Of a DNA stretch of 64,000 bases, positions 1-7,856 are shown piece by piece. Source of the stretch: a virus (Duplodnaviria; Caudoviricetes); the IMG/VR virus record IMGVR_UViG_3300032224_000903, positions 1 to 64,000 of that record, one strand, 5' to 3'. The position numbers were made by a program, and so were the translations under genes. The notes under the pieces were generated by a model. That model was not told the origin of the DNA. It was given only the letters and a program-made list of their open reading frames with translations, and did no database searches. Position 1 is the first letter of the stretch. Each line of letters starts with the position of its first letter.

Positions 1-23
1 ACCTTTTCCAACCTTATGTATTT

Positions 24-566
24 CTACACAACTTCATTTTGTGTATGTTCTAATATGGACTGACCCATTTTTTCACATTCATCGTGTCCGTAATACCCGT
101 AACAACTTTCTACCAATTCTTTATGTTCGTGACCTTTATCACAAGTAGTTATTTCATAAACATTATAACCCCAAACGTCGCCCGTAAGGTATTGGTCGTA
201 TGTTTCAACTTCACCTTTAAGGTATTCTTCAACTTTAGTTTCATCAATACCTTCTTTCTTTATCTTATACTTTGATACAAAGATAAAACCAACTTGTCCA
301 CTATCCCAACGACAATCAAAAGAACTTGTGGATATAGTTATACCCGAGTGGTCGTAAAGATACAAAGGTAAGATAACGACTTCACCTTCGTTTTTAATGA
401 TACCTTCTTTTAATTCTTCCCAACTATCATAATCTTCACTTCGATAATCGGTCTTGTCACCCAAGTCATATCGTTTGTGAAAACATACCATCGTACCCAA
501 GTTATCGTCTTCACGAGGACTATAAGGGTTTGTGTCTTGTACAACTTCTAATTCAAATTTTTTCAT
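24..566 (-). CDS. Conserved hypothetical phage protein (likely start MKKFELEVVQD at 566)
   Basis: Open frame with phage-like codon usage; DDNLGTMVCFHKRYDLGD and LYLYDHSG motifs; the upstream 20 codons of the track ORF are low-complexity. Confidence 0.7.
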   Translation of the reverse strand: MKKFELEVVQDTNPYSPREDDNLGTMVCFHKRYDLGDKTDYRSEDYDSWEELKEGIIKNEGEVVILPLYLYDHSGITISTSSFDCRWDSGQVGFIFVSKYKIKKEGIDETKVEEYLKGEVETYDQYLTGDVWGYNVYEITTCDKGHEHKELVESCYGYYGHDECEKMGQSILEHTQNEVV

Positions 567-667
567 AATGTTTAGTTTAGGGTATAAAGGTAAGTCTTTT
601 ATATAACATACACAAATATAATTCATAATATTTTGTTAAAGAAATTTCACAGATGCAGATCTTGTAT

Positions 668-1016
668 TATTGATTGGCATTGCCAAACAAATTCGGATAC
701 CATCGGAACTTCAGGTACTTCGGGAACATGAGGAACATCTTTGGGAACATCAGGAACATCGGGTACAAGTGGTACAGCGCTCAGGTGGATATTGTTTGGC
801 AGTAATACGTGTTCACTAATTCTTCTTGTTCACGGAACGTGAACATCGGTAATACGTGAACATGCCAAACAAATTTTCTACGACGCTGCGTCCCAAACGG
901 CATTGTGTGTAATACGAATATGCCAAACAACATCCGCGCATGCGCGTGGCGCATAGTCTACTATAAAAGTGTAATACGAATTGTGTAATATAATACACAT
1001 TATGGTTGCCAAACAA
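668..1016. repeat. Non-coding repeat island 1 (TGCCAAACAA, GTAATACG, 9-bp tandem repeat, GC palindrome)
   Basis: TGCCAAACAA at 681, 863, 921, 1007 (+) and 792 (-); GTAATACG x4; CGCGCATGCGCG at 935-946. Confidence 0.85.
705..779. repeat. Degenerate 9-bp tandem repeat GGWACWTCN, 8 units
   Basis: ggaacttca ggtacttcg ggaacatga ggaacatct (ttg) ggaacatca ggaacatcg ggtacaagt ggtacagcg. Confidence 0.85.
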
Positions 1017-1057
1017 TATACTCCTGCGGCACTGTAACTTCACAGGAACTATTGTAA

Positions 1058-1092
1058 AAATAAAAACCCCCCGTAACGTATTACGAGGGGAA
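1058..1092 (-). terminator. Intrinsic terminator downstream of the minus-strand early genes
   Basis: cccc-cgtaa/ttacg-gggg stem next to an A-run on + (U-run on -). Confidence 0.6.
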
Positions 1093-1121
1093 ACACAATA
1101 TGAACTATAAACAGAAAAAAC

Positions 1122-1472
1122 TTAATAGTTATAATCTACGAAATTATGAGGGGTATAATTTCTTCTAATAGGGGTACGAGTTCTATGTCCTTTTGGTTCG
1201 TATGACAAAGGTTTATCATTGTTATACGACTTCTCAATTCTACTATCAATAGTAGGAACTTCATAGTCCATCTCGGGTGGAAGACCACTCTTTACTTGCC
1301 AAACCATTTTATGGATACAATTCAGTCCCTCCTCAACAAAAACAATACCATTCGTTGTGGTTACTTTGGATTGAACCAAACCACTTTTCATATCGGTATC
1401 TATATAGATGGATACAATGTGGTCTACATTTACTAAGGTAGGTGTACCTCTGTGGGTTAATTTAATCAACAT
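1122..1472 (-). CDS. Hypothetical protein
   Basis: 116 aa ORF in a co-directional cluster. Confidence 0.7.
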   Translation of the reverse strand: MLIKLTHRGTPTLVNVDHIVSIYIDTDMKSGLVQSKVTTTNGIVFVEEGLNCIHKMVWQVKSGLPPEMDYEVPTIDSRIEKSYNNDKPLSYEPKGHRTRTPIRRNYTPHNFVDYNY

Positions 1473-1638
1473 TTGTTCTATTTTTTAAGATTACTAAATT
1501 TATTCTCGCAGGAATGACTTTTGCCAGATTACATTCATCACAACATTCGTCATCTTCGTTTTCAGTTTGTATTGGACTTGGGTCATTACCATAACCCTCA
1601 ACTTCCTTACCACATAAACAACATTTAAACTTTTCCAT
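1462..1638 (-). CDS. Small Cys-rich Zn-finger-like protein (58 aa, not in ORF track)
   Basis: Manual translation MEKFKCCLCGKEVEGYGNDPSPIQTENEDDECCDECNLAKVIPARINLVILKNRTNVD*; fills the gap between neighbours and overlaps the next start. Confidence 0.75.
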   Translation of the reverse strand: MEKFKCCLCGKEVEGYGNDPSPIQTENEDDECCDECNLAKVIPARINLVILKNRTNVD

Positions 1639-1644
1639 TTTTAT

Positions 1645-1848
1645 TTAATTTATGATTTCAAAAATATCTTGACCAATAATAAGTCCTAAGGTACGACCAT
1701 TATCCCACTTAACATTAACAACTCCATAACCAACATTATAAACCAATCCCTCACGACCAACCAAAATTGGGTGTGGGTCATCCATTGGTTCAATAAGTCT
1801 AACTCGTTTACCCACTAATTCTTTTTCTAAGTAATTGTCTATTAACAT
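1645..1848 (-). CDS. DUF4314-like SH3-fold small protein
   Basis: GKRVRLIEPMDDP...G.V..V....VNVKWDNGRTLGL pattern. Confidence 0.65.
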   Translation of the reverse strand: MLIDNYLEKELVGKRVRLIEPMDDPHPILVGREGLVYNVGYGVVNVKWDNGRTLGLIIGQDIFEIIN

Positions 1849-1867
1849 ATCATTTATATTTAGAACA

Positions 1868-1875
1868 CAAAGATA
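1868..1875 (-). promoter_or_regulatory. Bacteroidota-type -7 promoter element (TATCTTTG)
   Basis: Matches TAnnTTTG, 20 nt upstream of the 1848 start. Confidence 0.65.
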
Positions 1876-1964
1876 AAGAAAAAACTTTTATAATTCCGAA
1901 TAGATAAGAATTTATTTTCTTAAAGTTTTGTTAAAGGATTTTATACCTGTCGTCCACACTCGAA

Positions 1965-2248
1965 TATTGATTGGCATGTATGACAATCCATCTTGGTTCG
2001 GATCTCCTCCAAAACTTGTTTGGCATATCCGATAATATCCGTAGATATCCGAAACCATATCCGTATCTGCCAAACAATATCTGACGACTCAAGATTCAAA
2101 TGGTCTTGTATGACAAAGTTTGCCAAACAACAATTTCACGGACGAGGTTCTTGACCAAATTTAAATTGTTAAAACTATGTTAAGGTTGCCAAACAACAAT
2201 TTCCGGGAGACATATTCCAATGGTTGTTGTATGACAATTGCCAAACCA
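1965..2248. repeat. Non-coding repeat island 2 (TGCCAAACAA, GTATGACAA, ATATCCG)
   Basis: TGCCAAACAA at 2068, 2121, 2187 (+), variant at 2239, 2016 (-); GTATGACAA x3; ATATCCG x4; starts with TATTGATTGGCAT as island 1 does. Confidence 0.85.
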
Positions 2249-2326
2249 CATTATGGATTACGGAGATGGATATGGTCAAAAAAAAACCACCCCTTTCGGA
2301 GTGGTCGGTTAGTGGGGGAACTAACC

Positions 2327-2887
2327 TTAAAGAATTGTGTACTCTTGTTTGAGTATTTTAATTCTTTTAATGTGGTCTAAAGACATAACCTTAAAGTTTA
2401 AGGTATTCTCTAAACCATTTTGATACTTTGAGTAGTCGGTCTTTGTTTCTCTAACAAATTGTTCAAACATAACCTTTTCAATACTATTACCCTCAAAGAT
2501 ATACTTTGTTTCAAGGTAACTACTCGTGTGGTCTTGGTAACGGAAGTAAAAATTGTTAGGGTGTTTCTTACTTACCACTAAACATTTAGAAACTTGGTTA
2601 AACCAAATCTCTTTTTTGTCCTCGTTCTCAATAGGAGTGATACCCTCTTTCTTATACTTTCCGTCTAATTGTTTAAGATAATCAAAACCCGTTTGGATAT
2701 TTGATAATCTTTGTTCAACTAACACTTGGTCGTAATAAGGGTTTGGGTTACTCTTACCACTTGTCTTAAAGTCAAGATACTTGTTCATCTCAACTTTTTT
2801 TAACGTTGTCAATCCCACGTTAGGGACAAAGATATCTATACCTGATAGTATATCTTTTAGTTCAGTTTTGTTAATATTCATACTCAT
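2327..2887 (-). CDS. Hypothetical protein (likely start MSMNINKTELK)
   Basis: Long ORF; the upstream 34 codons of the track ORF overlap promoter and DnaA-box motifs. Confidence 0.7.
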   Translation of the reverse strand: MSMNINKTELKDILSGIDIFVPNVGLTTLKKVEMNKYLDFKTSGKSNPNPYYDQVLVEQRLSNIQTGFDYLKQLDGKYKKEGITPIENEDKKEIWFNQVSKCLVVSKKHPNNFYFRYQDHTSSYLETKYIFEGNSIEKVMFEQFVRETKTDYSKYQNGLENTLNFKVMSLDHIKRIKILKQEYTIL

Positions 2888-2899
2888 TGTTTGTGGACA

Positions 2900-2930
2900 C
2901 AAAGTTAATGAATATACCAATACAAAGTTA
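2900..2930 (-). promoter_or_regulatory. Two tandem Bacteroidota-type -7 elements (TAACTTTG)
   Basis: caaagtta on + at 2900-2907 and 2923-2930. Confidence 0.55.
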
Positions 2931-2946
2931 GAATATACAAATAAAG

Positions 2947-2988
2947 TTATCCACATTGGGTATGTGTATAAGTCATTGGTTATCCACA
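2947..2988 (+). promoter_or_regulatory. Two perfect DnaA boxes TTATCCACA
   Basis: Exact 9-mers at 2947-2955 and 2980-2988, 33 bp apart. Confidence 0.6.
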
Positions 2989-3009
2989 TTCACCTTCGGG
3001 AACTAATGT

Positions 3010-3205
3010 TGTGTGGCAACCCCCCTATCAGTAGTGGGTATAGTAGTAGGGGGGGTCCCCCCTCCCGTATCCCCCCTTTATATAGTGTTTTAGGGGGGTC
3101 TATAACAGGGGGTCAATGCCACGACTGAAATTTTTCCAGAAAAAAAGTGAAAAAAGGGTCTTTACCCCTAAAAGTGATTTAAAAATTTTCCAGAAATTTT
3201 AGGAG
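3010..3205. other. G/C homopolymer-tract zone at a strand switch
   Basis: Several C6 and G5-G7 tracts, then two copies of AAATTTT(T)CCAGAAA; genes diverge on either side. Confidence 0.6.
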
Positions 3206-3236
3206 ATCTTAGGTATTTATATAACAAATACAATAT

Positions 3237-3698
3237 ATGGGACAAAGACTTATTATAACAGAATCGGAAAGAAACCGTATTAAGGGTTTATATGAGAATC
3301 ACGGAGAAATGAATATACAGCATCATTTGGATAAAGTGGTGAATCAATTATCTGATGAACAAGTACAAGAATTAAAGCAAGAGTTGGGTAATTTGGGTAT
3401 TACTTCACATTCATCAACTAAGCAGGTTCTTAATGCTATTAATCATGAGGAGGCCGTACAACAATCAGATATGGATGAGGAGATGAAAAAAGAAAAGGTT
3501 GCGGATATATTGAGTAATGTTGGTTCGGGTTTAATGACTTCATTATTGGTCCCATTGATTCCAGTGGCCATTGGTCACGCAATGAACATCGGATTTGCCG
3601 GTGGTCTTGCGGTTCATATTGCTACAGCTGGTTTATTACTTCATCTTGCCAAAGCTCTCGGTAAAAAAGAAGGTAGTTCGGAATACGGAAACTATTAA
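3237..3698 (+). CDS. Tagged hypothetical protein with C-terminal hydrophobic hairpin
   Basis: N-term MGQRLIITESERNRIKGLYE; TATTTATA at 3214; hydrophobic LMTSLLVPLIPVAIG..GGLAVHIATAGLLL. Confidence 0.8.
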   Translation: MGQRLIITESERNRIKGLYENHGEMNIQHHLDKVVNQLSDEQVQELKQELGNLGITSHSSTKQVLNAINHEEAVQQSDMDEEMKKEKVADILSNVGSGLMTSLLVPLIPVAIGHAMNIGFAGGLAVHIATAGLLLHLAKALGKKEGSSEYGNY

Positions 3699-3705
3699 TA
3701 CACAG

Positions 3706-3729
3706 ACCCTCCTACACGGAGGGTTTTTT
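3706..3729 (+). terminator. Intrinsic terminator ACCCTCC/GGAGGGT
   Basis: 7-bp stem + T-run; same stem at 4803 and 5360. Confidence 0.8.
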
Positions 3730-3759
3730 ATTTAATGTTTTTTTTGTATATTATATTCT

Positions 3760-4053
3760 ATGTTAAAAGGTTTAATTGTTCTGGCATCACAGACACTATA
3801 CAATATCTTCAAGGTATTGGAAATAAAATATACCTATCAAAATAAGATTGGTGCATTACTCCTTAACTCCGTATGGATTAACTTAGTAGCACTCTCATCA
3901 ACCTACTACGCAATAGATGATCTATTAAAGGGGAACTTCTCAATCATCATATTCTATATCATCGGTAGTGTTCTTGGGAAGTATATAGGTATGAAACTCG
4001 GTAATCCCCGTAATAAGATATGGGATAGATTATTCGGTAAGAAAGGTTCATAA
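3760..4053 (+). CDS. Small multi-pass membrane protein
   Basis: Three hydrophobic segments; TATATTATA at 3747. Confidence 0.7.
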   Translation: MLKGLIVLASQTLYNIFKVLEIKYTYQNKIGALLLNSVWINLVALSSTYYAIDDLLKGNFSIIIFYIIGSVLGKYIGMKLGNPRNKIWDRLFGKKGS

Positions 4054-4132
4054 TTTCTTAACTCAATATATACGTGGGACGGTTTTGGATTTTCTATTTA
4101 TAGATAATAAACATAATCTAAAACAAAAACAA

Positions 4133-4774
4133 ATGAGATTAGACGAATTAGCTTCAAGATTAATTGTTCTTGAATCAAAAGTAAACTACCTATCTACGGG
4201 TGTTTATGATGTATTACCTGTCGCAAGTGACATAAACGAACTTAATGCGAGATTAACAATGTTAGAGGCTACTGTTGACATGTTAGTTGCAGAAAAAACA
4301 AACGAGGTAATGTCTACAATTGCTTCTACTGAAGGTACTACACCTGATGTTGATGTAATCGTATCATTATCACCAAGTGCCACCTTTCCAGAAGCATCAG
4401 AAATCGTTACAGCTATTGTTCAAGCACAAGTTGAATTACCTGCTATCGAATCTGAATCAGTTTCAGGAGCGGTTGCGGCAGCAATTACAGCAGTTGTTAC
4501 AGCACAACCAGAAGTAGTTACAGAACCATCTGATATGGTAGATGCAATCTTAGTTGCTCTTAACGATTATCAAGCTGAGTTCAATGAATCAGAAATTGAA
4601 TCTGCTGTTGAAATGTTATCTACTATCATTTCTAATACAGGTACTGAAGTAACAGACGAAATTAAAGACCAAATCGCAGTTGCTATTGGTGCACAACCTG
4701 ATCCAATGTTAGACGCAATTGAAGAGCGTTTAAACATTGTTGAGGCGAAATACAGTACATTGGTTGGTAAATAA
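4133..4774 (+). CDS. Acidic Ala/Val/Glu-rich protein with coiled-coil ends
   Basis: ATG at 4133 after TATTTATA (4095); strongly biased codons (GCT, ACT, TCT, GTT). Confidence 0.75.
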   Translation: MRLDELASRLIVLESKVNYLSTGVYDVLPVASDINELNARLTMLEATVDMLVAEKTNEVMSTIASTEGTTPDVDVIVSLSPSATFPEASEIVTAIVQAQVELPAIESESVSGAVAAAITAVVTAQPEVVTEPSDMVDAILVALNDYQAEFNESEIESAVEMLSTIISNTGTEVTDEIKDQIAVAIGAQPDPMLDAIEERLNIVEAKYSTLVGK

Positions 4775-4802
4775 TCAATTGTTTTTATTACTTATTCTTA
4801 AG

Positions 4803-4825
4803 ACCCTCCCTACGGAGGGTTTTTT
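4803..4825 (+). terminator. Intrinsic terminator ACCCTCC/GGAGGGT
   Basis: 7-bp stem + T-run. Confidence 0.8.
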
Positions 4826-4848
4826 GTTTGTATTGTATATTTATACAT

Positions 4849-5055
4849 ATGAAAATCATCCTTACAGAATCCCAACTAAAGACAGTTATCAACGAAAGAT
4901 CAATTAGATACACCGATGAGGAAGGTTACGGTATACCCGAACAGATTGATTGGTTGGTTATGCAGAAGGAGTTTATGTTTATCCAAGGGGAAGCAGGACA
5001 TAAGGTAAGATTGATCAATAACATCATCCACAACTTACAGAAACTTAAAGGGTAA
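4849..5055 (+). CDS. Tagged small hypothetical protein
   Basis: MKIILTESQLKTVINE; TATTTATA at 4838. Confidence 0.8.
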   Translation: MKIILTESQLKTVINERSIRYTDEEGYGIPEQIDWLVMQKEFMFIQGEAGHKVRLINNIIHNLQKLKG

Positions 5056-5108
5056 TAATAAGAAATAAACTTTTCTACTTTATTAGATATTTATAATAAA
5101 CTCAAAAA

Positions 5109-5354
5109 ATGGAAAAAGCAATTACAGATTCGTTAGGTAACACTATCACAATGAAATATGATGTAGATACCGATACAGTGTCAGTTAAAAATAGTGCAAT
5201 AAGTGATGTCTTCATGGAAGTAACAAAAAACACCGCAGTTGAAGATGATGTAATTATGTTACAAGAATATATAAACTATTCAGATTGGTCGGATGATCTT
5301 GGTAAAAAAGAACTAAGATCTTTTTGGGACGAAAATAAAAAAAATAAATCATAA
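5109..5354 (+). CDS. Small hypothetical protein
   Basis: 81 aa ORF; TATTTATA at 5088. Confidence 0.75.
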   Translation: MEKAITDSLGNTITMKYDVDTDTVSVKNSAISDVFMEVTKNTAVEDDVIMLQEYINYSDWSDDLGKKELRSFWDENKKNKS

Positions 5355-5359
5355 TTGAA

Positions 5360-5383
5360 ACCCTCCTATATGGAGGGTTTTTT
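5360..5383 (+). terminator. Intrinsic terminator ACCCTCC/GGAGGGT
   Basis: 7-bp stem + T-run. Confidence 0.8.
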
Positions 5384-5394
5384 ATAAAGATACC

Positions 5395-5473
5395 TCGGGT
5401 TTGAAGACCCGACTTAGGACCGGAATGGTTAACGTTCCGTTGGGATATGAATTCGCTACTCATATCCCTTTTT
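5395..5473. ncRNA. Candidate small triple-hairpin RNA
   Basis: tcgggt/acccga, cggaa/ttccg and gggatatga/tcatatccc + T-run in an intergenic gap. Confidence 0.35.
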
Positions 5474-5489
5474 ATTATATTTATATAAC

Positions 5490-6410
5490 ATGAAGATCGT
5501 AATATCAGAACAACAATTAAGACGAATTATATCTGAACAAACATCAGAACAACCCATATGTGATGAAACAGGTTGTAGTGGGACTTATACTGGTCCAGAA
5601 TTTACAAATGCACAAGGTGATATTGCTCATCAGTATTCGAATGTTATAACTAAGTCAGTTGGAATTAAATTAAAACAATTATATAAGTCAGGAACCTATG
5701 TTAAAGTTGATTTAAATAACATACAAATGTCCACAAAGGGAAAGGGTACAGGTAATGTGGTCTATAAAGTTAATATACCTTTCATTGGTGTTTCTAATAA
5801 ATGTGATGCTATGACGGGATTTGCACATGTTGGTGGATGGAATCATGTACCTGCATTGGATAAAAGAAAAAAAGAATTATTAAGTTTTATACCTGATGGT
5901 AAAACCGAAAATGTTATTCTTGATAATAAATTGGACATAAGTGGATTGAAAAAAACCAAGGAGGGATTACAGGAATATTGGATTCAGTGGAAACATAAAG
6001 ATTATCAGTCTGAATGTGGTGGTAAGGTTACTTCCGTAAATAAGGATAAATCTACACCTGTAAGTAGTGGTAACGAGAATTACGACACTTTAACAATTAA
6101 CACATCTGATTTAACGTCATTCATACAAGAGGTTAGAACTAAAACACAAGGTCTAACTGTTAGTTTGGGTTCATTAAAAACTGACGTTACCCCCGATGAT
6201 TGTTCATTTGAGATTTTATATGTTAAACCTGGTCGTAAGGATACTAGTGGTACTTGTAAAAAAATTAAAAGGTTTACAGTTGCCTTATCTACACAAAATG
6301 AAGGTGAATCCGCTGCCGATAATATTCTAAATAAAAATCCTGAATCTAAGGTTATCCGTAAGGGTACATTCGATAATGGTAGAACTTGGAAGTTAATTGC
6401 TGTGATGTAA
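5490..6410 (+). CDS. Tagged hypothetical protein, 306 aa
   Basis: MKIVISEQQLRRIISEQ; TATTTATA at 5478. Confidence 0.8.
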   Translation: MKIVISEQQLRRIISEQTSEQPICDETGCSGTYTGPEFTNAQGDIAHQYSNVITKSVGIKLKQLYKSGTYVKVDLNNIQMSTKGKGTGNVVYKVNIPFIGVSNKCDAMTGFAHVGGWNHVPALDKRKKELLSFIPDGKTENVILDNKLDISGLKKTKEGLQEYWIQWKHKDYQSECGGKVTSVNKDKSTPVSSGNENYDTLTINTSDLTSFIQEVRTKTQGLTVSLGSLKTDVTPDDCSFEILYVKPGRKDTSGTCKKIKRFTVALSTQNEGESAADNILNKNPESKVIRKGTFDNGRTWKLIAVM

Positions 6411-6453
6411 TATACCACCCTAGGGGATCTTGGTATACGATATATTTATACAT

Positions 6454-6888
6454 ATGAAACTAATGGACCTGTTAACCGAGAATACAAATGAACCAAGGGT
6501 TGTGTATTATAATACCCCCGATGGTTATAATGGTTCACCAGAAGATCATAAGATGATTAAGAAGATGATTAATGTCTATAGAGCCCTGTCTAAGGGTCGT
6601 GGTTTGGTTCAGGTACATCATGGTGGTAATTACCCTCCTTTGGATGTATCCTACGAATTGCCCCCTCTAAACACCGTTGCAATCCTTATTACATACCCCA
6701 CCAGGAAAATGAAGAACGTGGTTGATTATATATTTGATGTTGTGGGTAAGGTGAAATATACCTTCCATAACTTTGAAACACAACGAGATACCGATATTGA
6801 TAGATTTATGATGCATCGTGGTCATGAGATATCATTTGTCTATAAAAAGAGATTCGATAATTTTGGTATTGGTATCAGTAGTTCCTAA
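6454..6888 (+). CDS. Tagged hypothetical protein, paralog of 6929
   Basis: MKLMDLLTE; shared VY.A..KGRG.V, DVSYELP and VY.K.FDNF motifs. Confidence 0.8.
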   Translation: MKLMDLLTENTNEPRVVYYNTPDGYNGSPEDHKMIKKMINVYRALSKGRGLVQVHHGGNYPPLDVSYELPPLNTVAILITYPTRKMKNVVDYIFDVVGKVKYTFHNFETQRDTDIDRFMMHRGHEISFVYKKRFDNFGIGISSS

Positions 6889-6928
6889 ACCACCTTAGGA
6901 GATCTTGGTATACGATATATTTATTAAT

Positions 6929-7312
6929 ATGAAACTAATACAGACATTATTTGAGTCAGATGAGGATCGTATGATCGCCAAAGCCAAACATGTCTATAAA
7001 GCGTTTAAAAAGGGTCGTGGCATGGTTAAGATTGCATGGTTTGCTCCTGCCGATGTTTCATATGAACTTCCTGATATGGATCGATGTGTATTTCAGGTAA
7101 GACCATCTTGGGAGTATGAAGATGAGATGATGGGGGTTATTACCATGTTGGACCCCGTTAAATTTAAAATACATAATCTTATTGAGGTATTTGGTGAGGA
7201 GGGAGATGAAGGTCGTGAAGAACGTATTATAACTAATTATATCGATCAGATTGGATATGTATATCGTAAGAAGTTTGATAATTTCCATATTGCTATTGGT
7301 ACGTCATCTTAA
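6929..7312 (+). CDS. Tagged hypothetical protein, paralog of 6454
   Basis: MKLIQTLFE; shared motifs with 6454. Confidence 0.8.
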   Translation: MKLIQTLFESDEDRMIAKAKHVYKAFKKGRGMVKIAWFAPADVSYELPDMDRCVFQVRPSWEYEDEMMGVITMLDPVKFKIHNLIEVFGEEGDEGREERIITNYIDQIGYVYRKKFDNFHIAIGTSS

Positions 7313-7357
7313 TTAAACCACCCGAGGAACTCTTGGTTTACAAGATATTTATATACA

Positions 7358-7786
7358 ATGAACTTAATTAATACCCTATATGAGACCGCTGTTGACCTTT
7401 ACACAGAAACAACCTACAGATATAGGGAAGGAAGGAATACGGTTCCAGATAGACTTGATTTCGATACACAGAAGTTAATTGATTGTGGTGCGATTGTTAT
7501 TTGTAAGGGAATGAATGGTGATCCAGAATCCCCCGACTATAAGAAACATCTTGATGATGGTAGTACAAATCTTATTACATTATACAATATTAAACATGCC
7601 ATAAAAAATAATCCCGATTCGTGGATATTGGAAGCAATTAAACACCCCATCACCATTGCCCCGATTGGTTGGAAGGATATGTCCCTTGAGACCTATGACG
7701 GTAAATACAATCAGATATTGTGGTCATTGAAAAAATTGGGTATTCCATATAAGGAAATGTTAAAACATAATTCCCTTAATTTCTAA
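7358..7786 (+). CDS. Tagged hypothetical protein
   Basis: MNLINTLYE; TATTTATA at 7346. Confidence 0.8.
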   Translation: MNLINTLYETAVDLYTETTYRYREGRNTVPDRLDFDTQKLIDCGAIVICKGMNGDPESPDYKKHLDDGSTNLITLYNIKHAIKNNPDSWILEAIKHPITIAPIGWKDMSLETYDGKYNQILWSLKKLGIPYKEMLKHNSLNF

Positions 7787-7856
7787 CCTCCGATAACCCC
7801 ATTCACGACTTTCCGACGCCGGAACCCCCGTTCGAAATTTGTAAGTCTTTCTATTT

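Larger units (their letters stand above)
6411..7366 (+). repeat. Three copies of a ~45-bp stem-loop + promoter + start element (6411, 6886, 7314)
   Basis: 24-bp identity gatcttggtatacgatatatttat at 6426 and 6901; diverged third copy before 7358. Confidence 0.85.

Noticed and set aside
84-3128. Track ORFs 84..275, 816..1043, 1941..2126, 2177..2380, 2781..3128
   Set aside because: Antisense shadows or chance frames across repeat islands; atypical composition and no promoter or start context
668-7366. CRISPR array interpretation of the TGCCAAACAA or 45-bp repeats
   Set aside because: Spacing is irregular or gene-sized, repeats are too short or degenerate, and there are no cas genes
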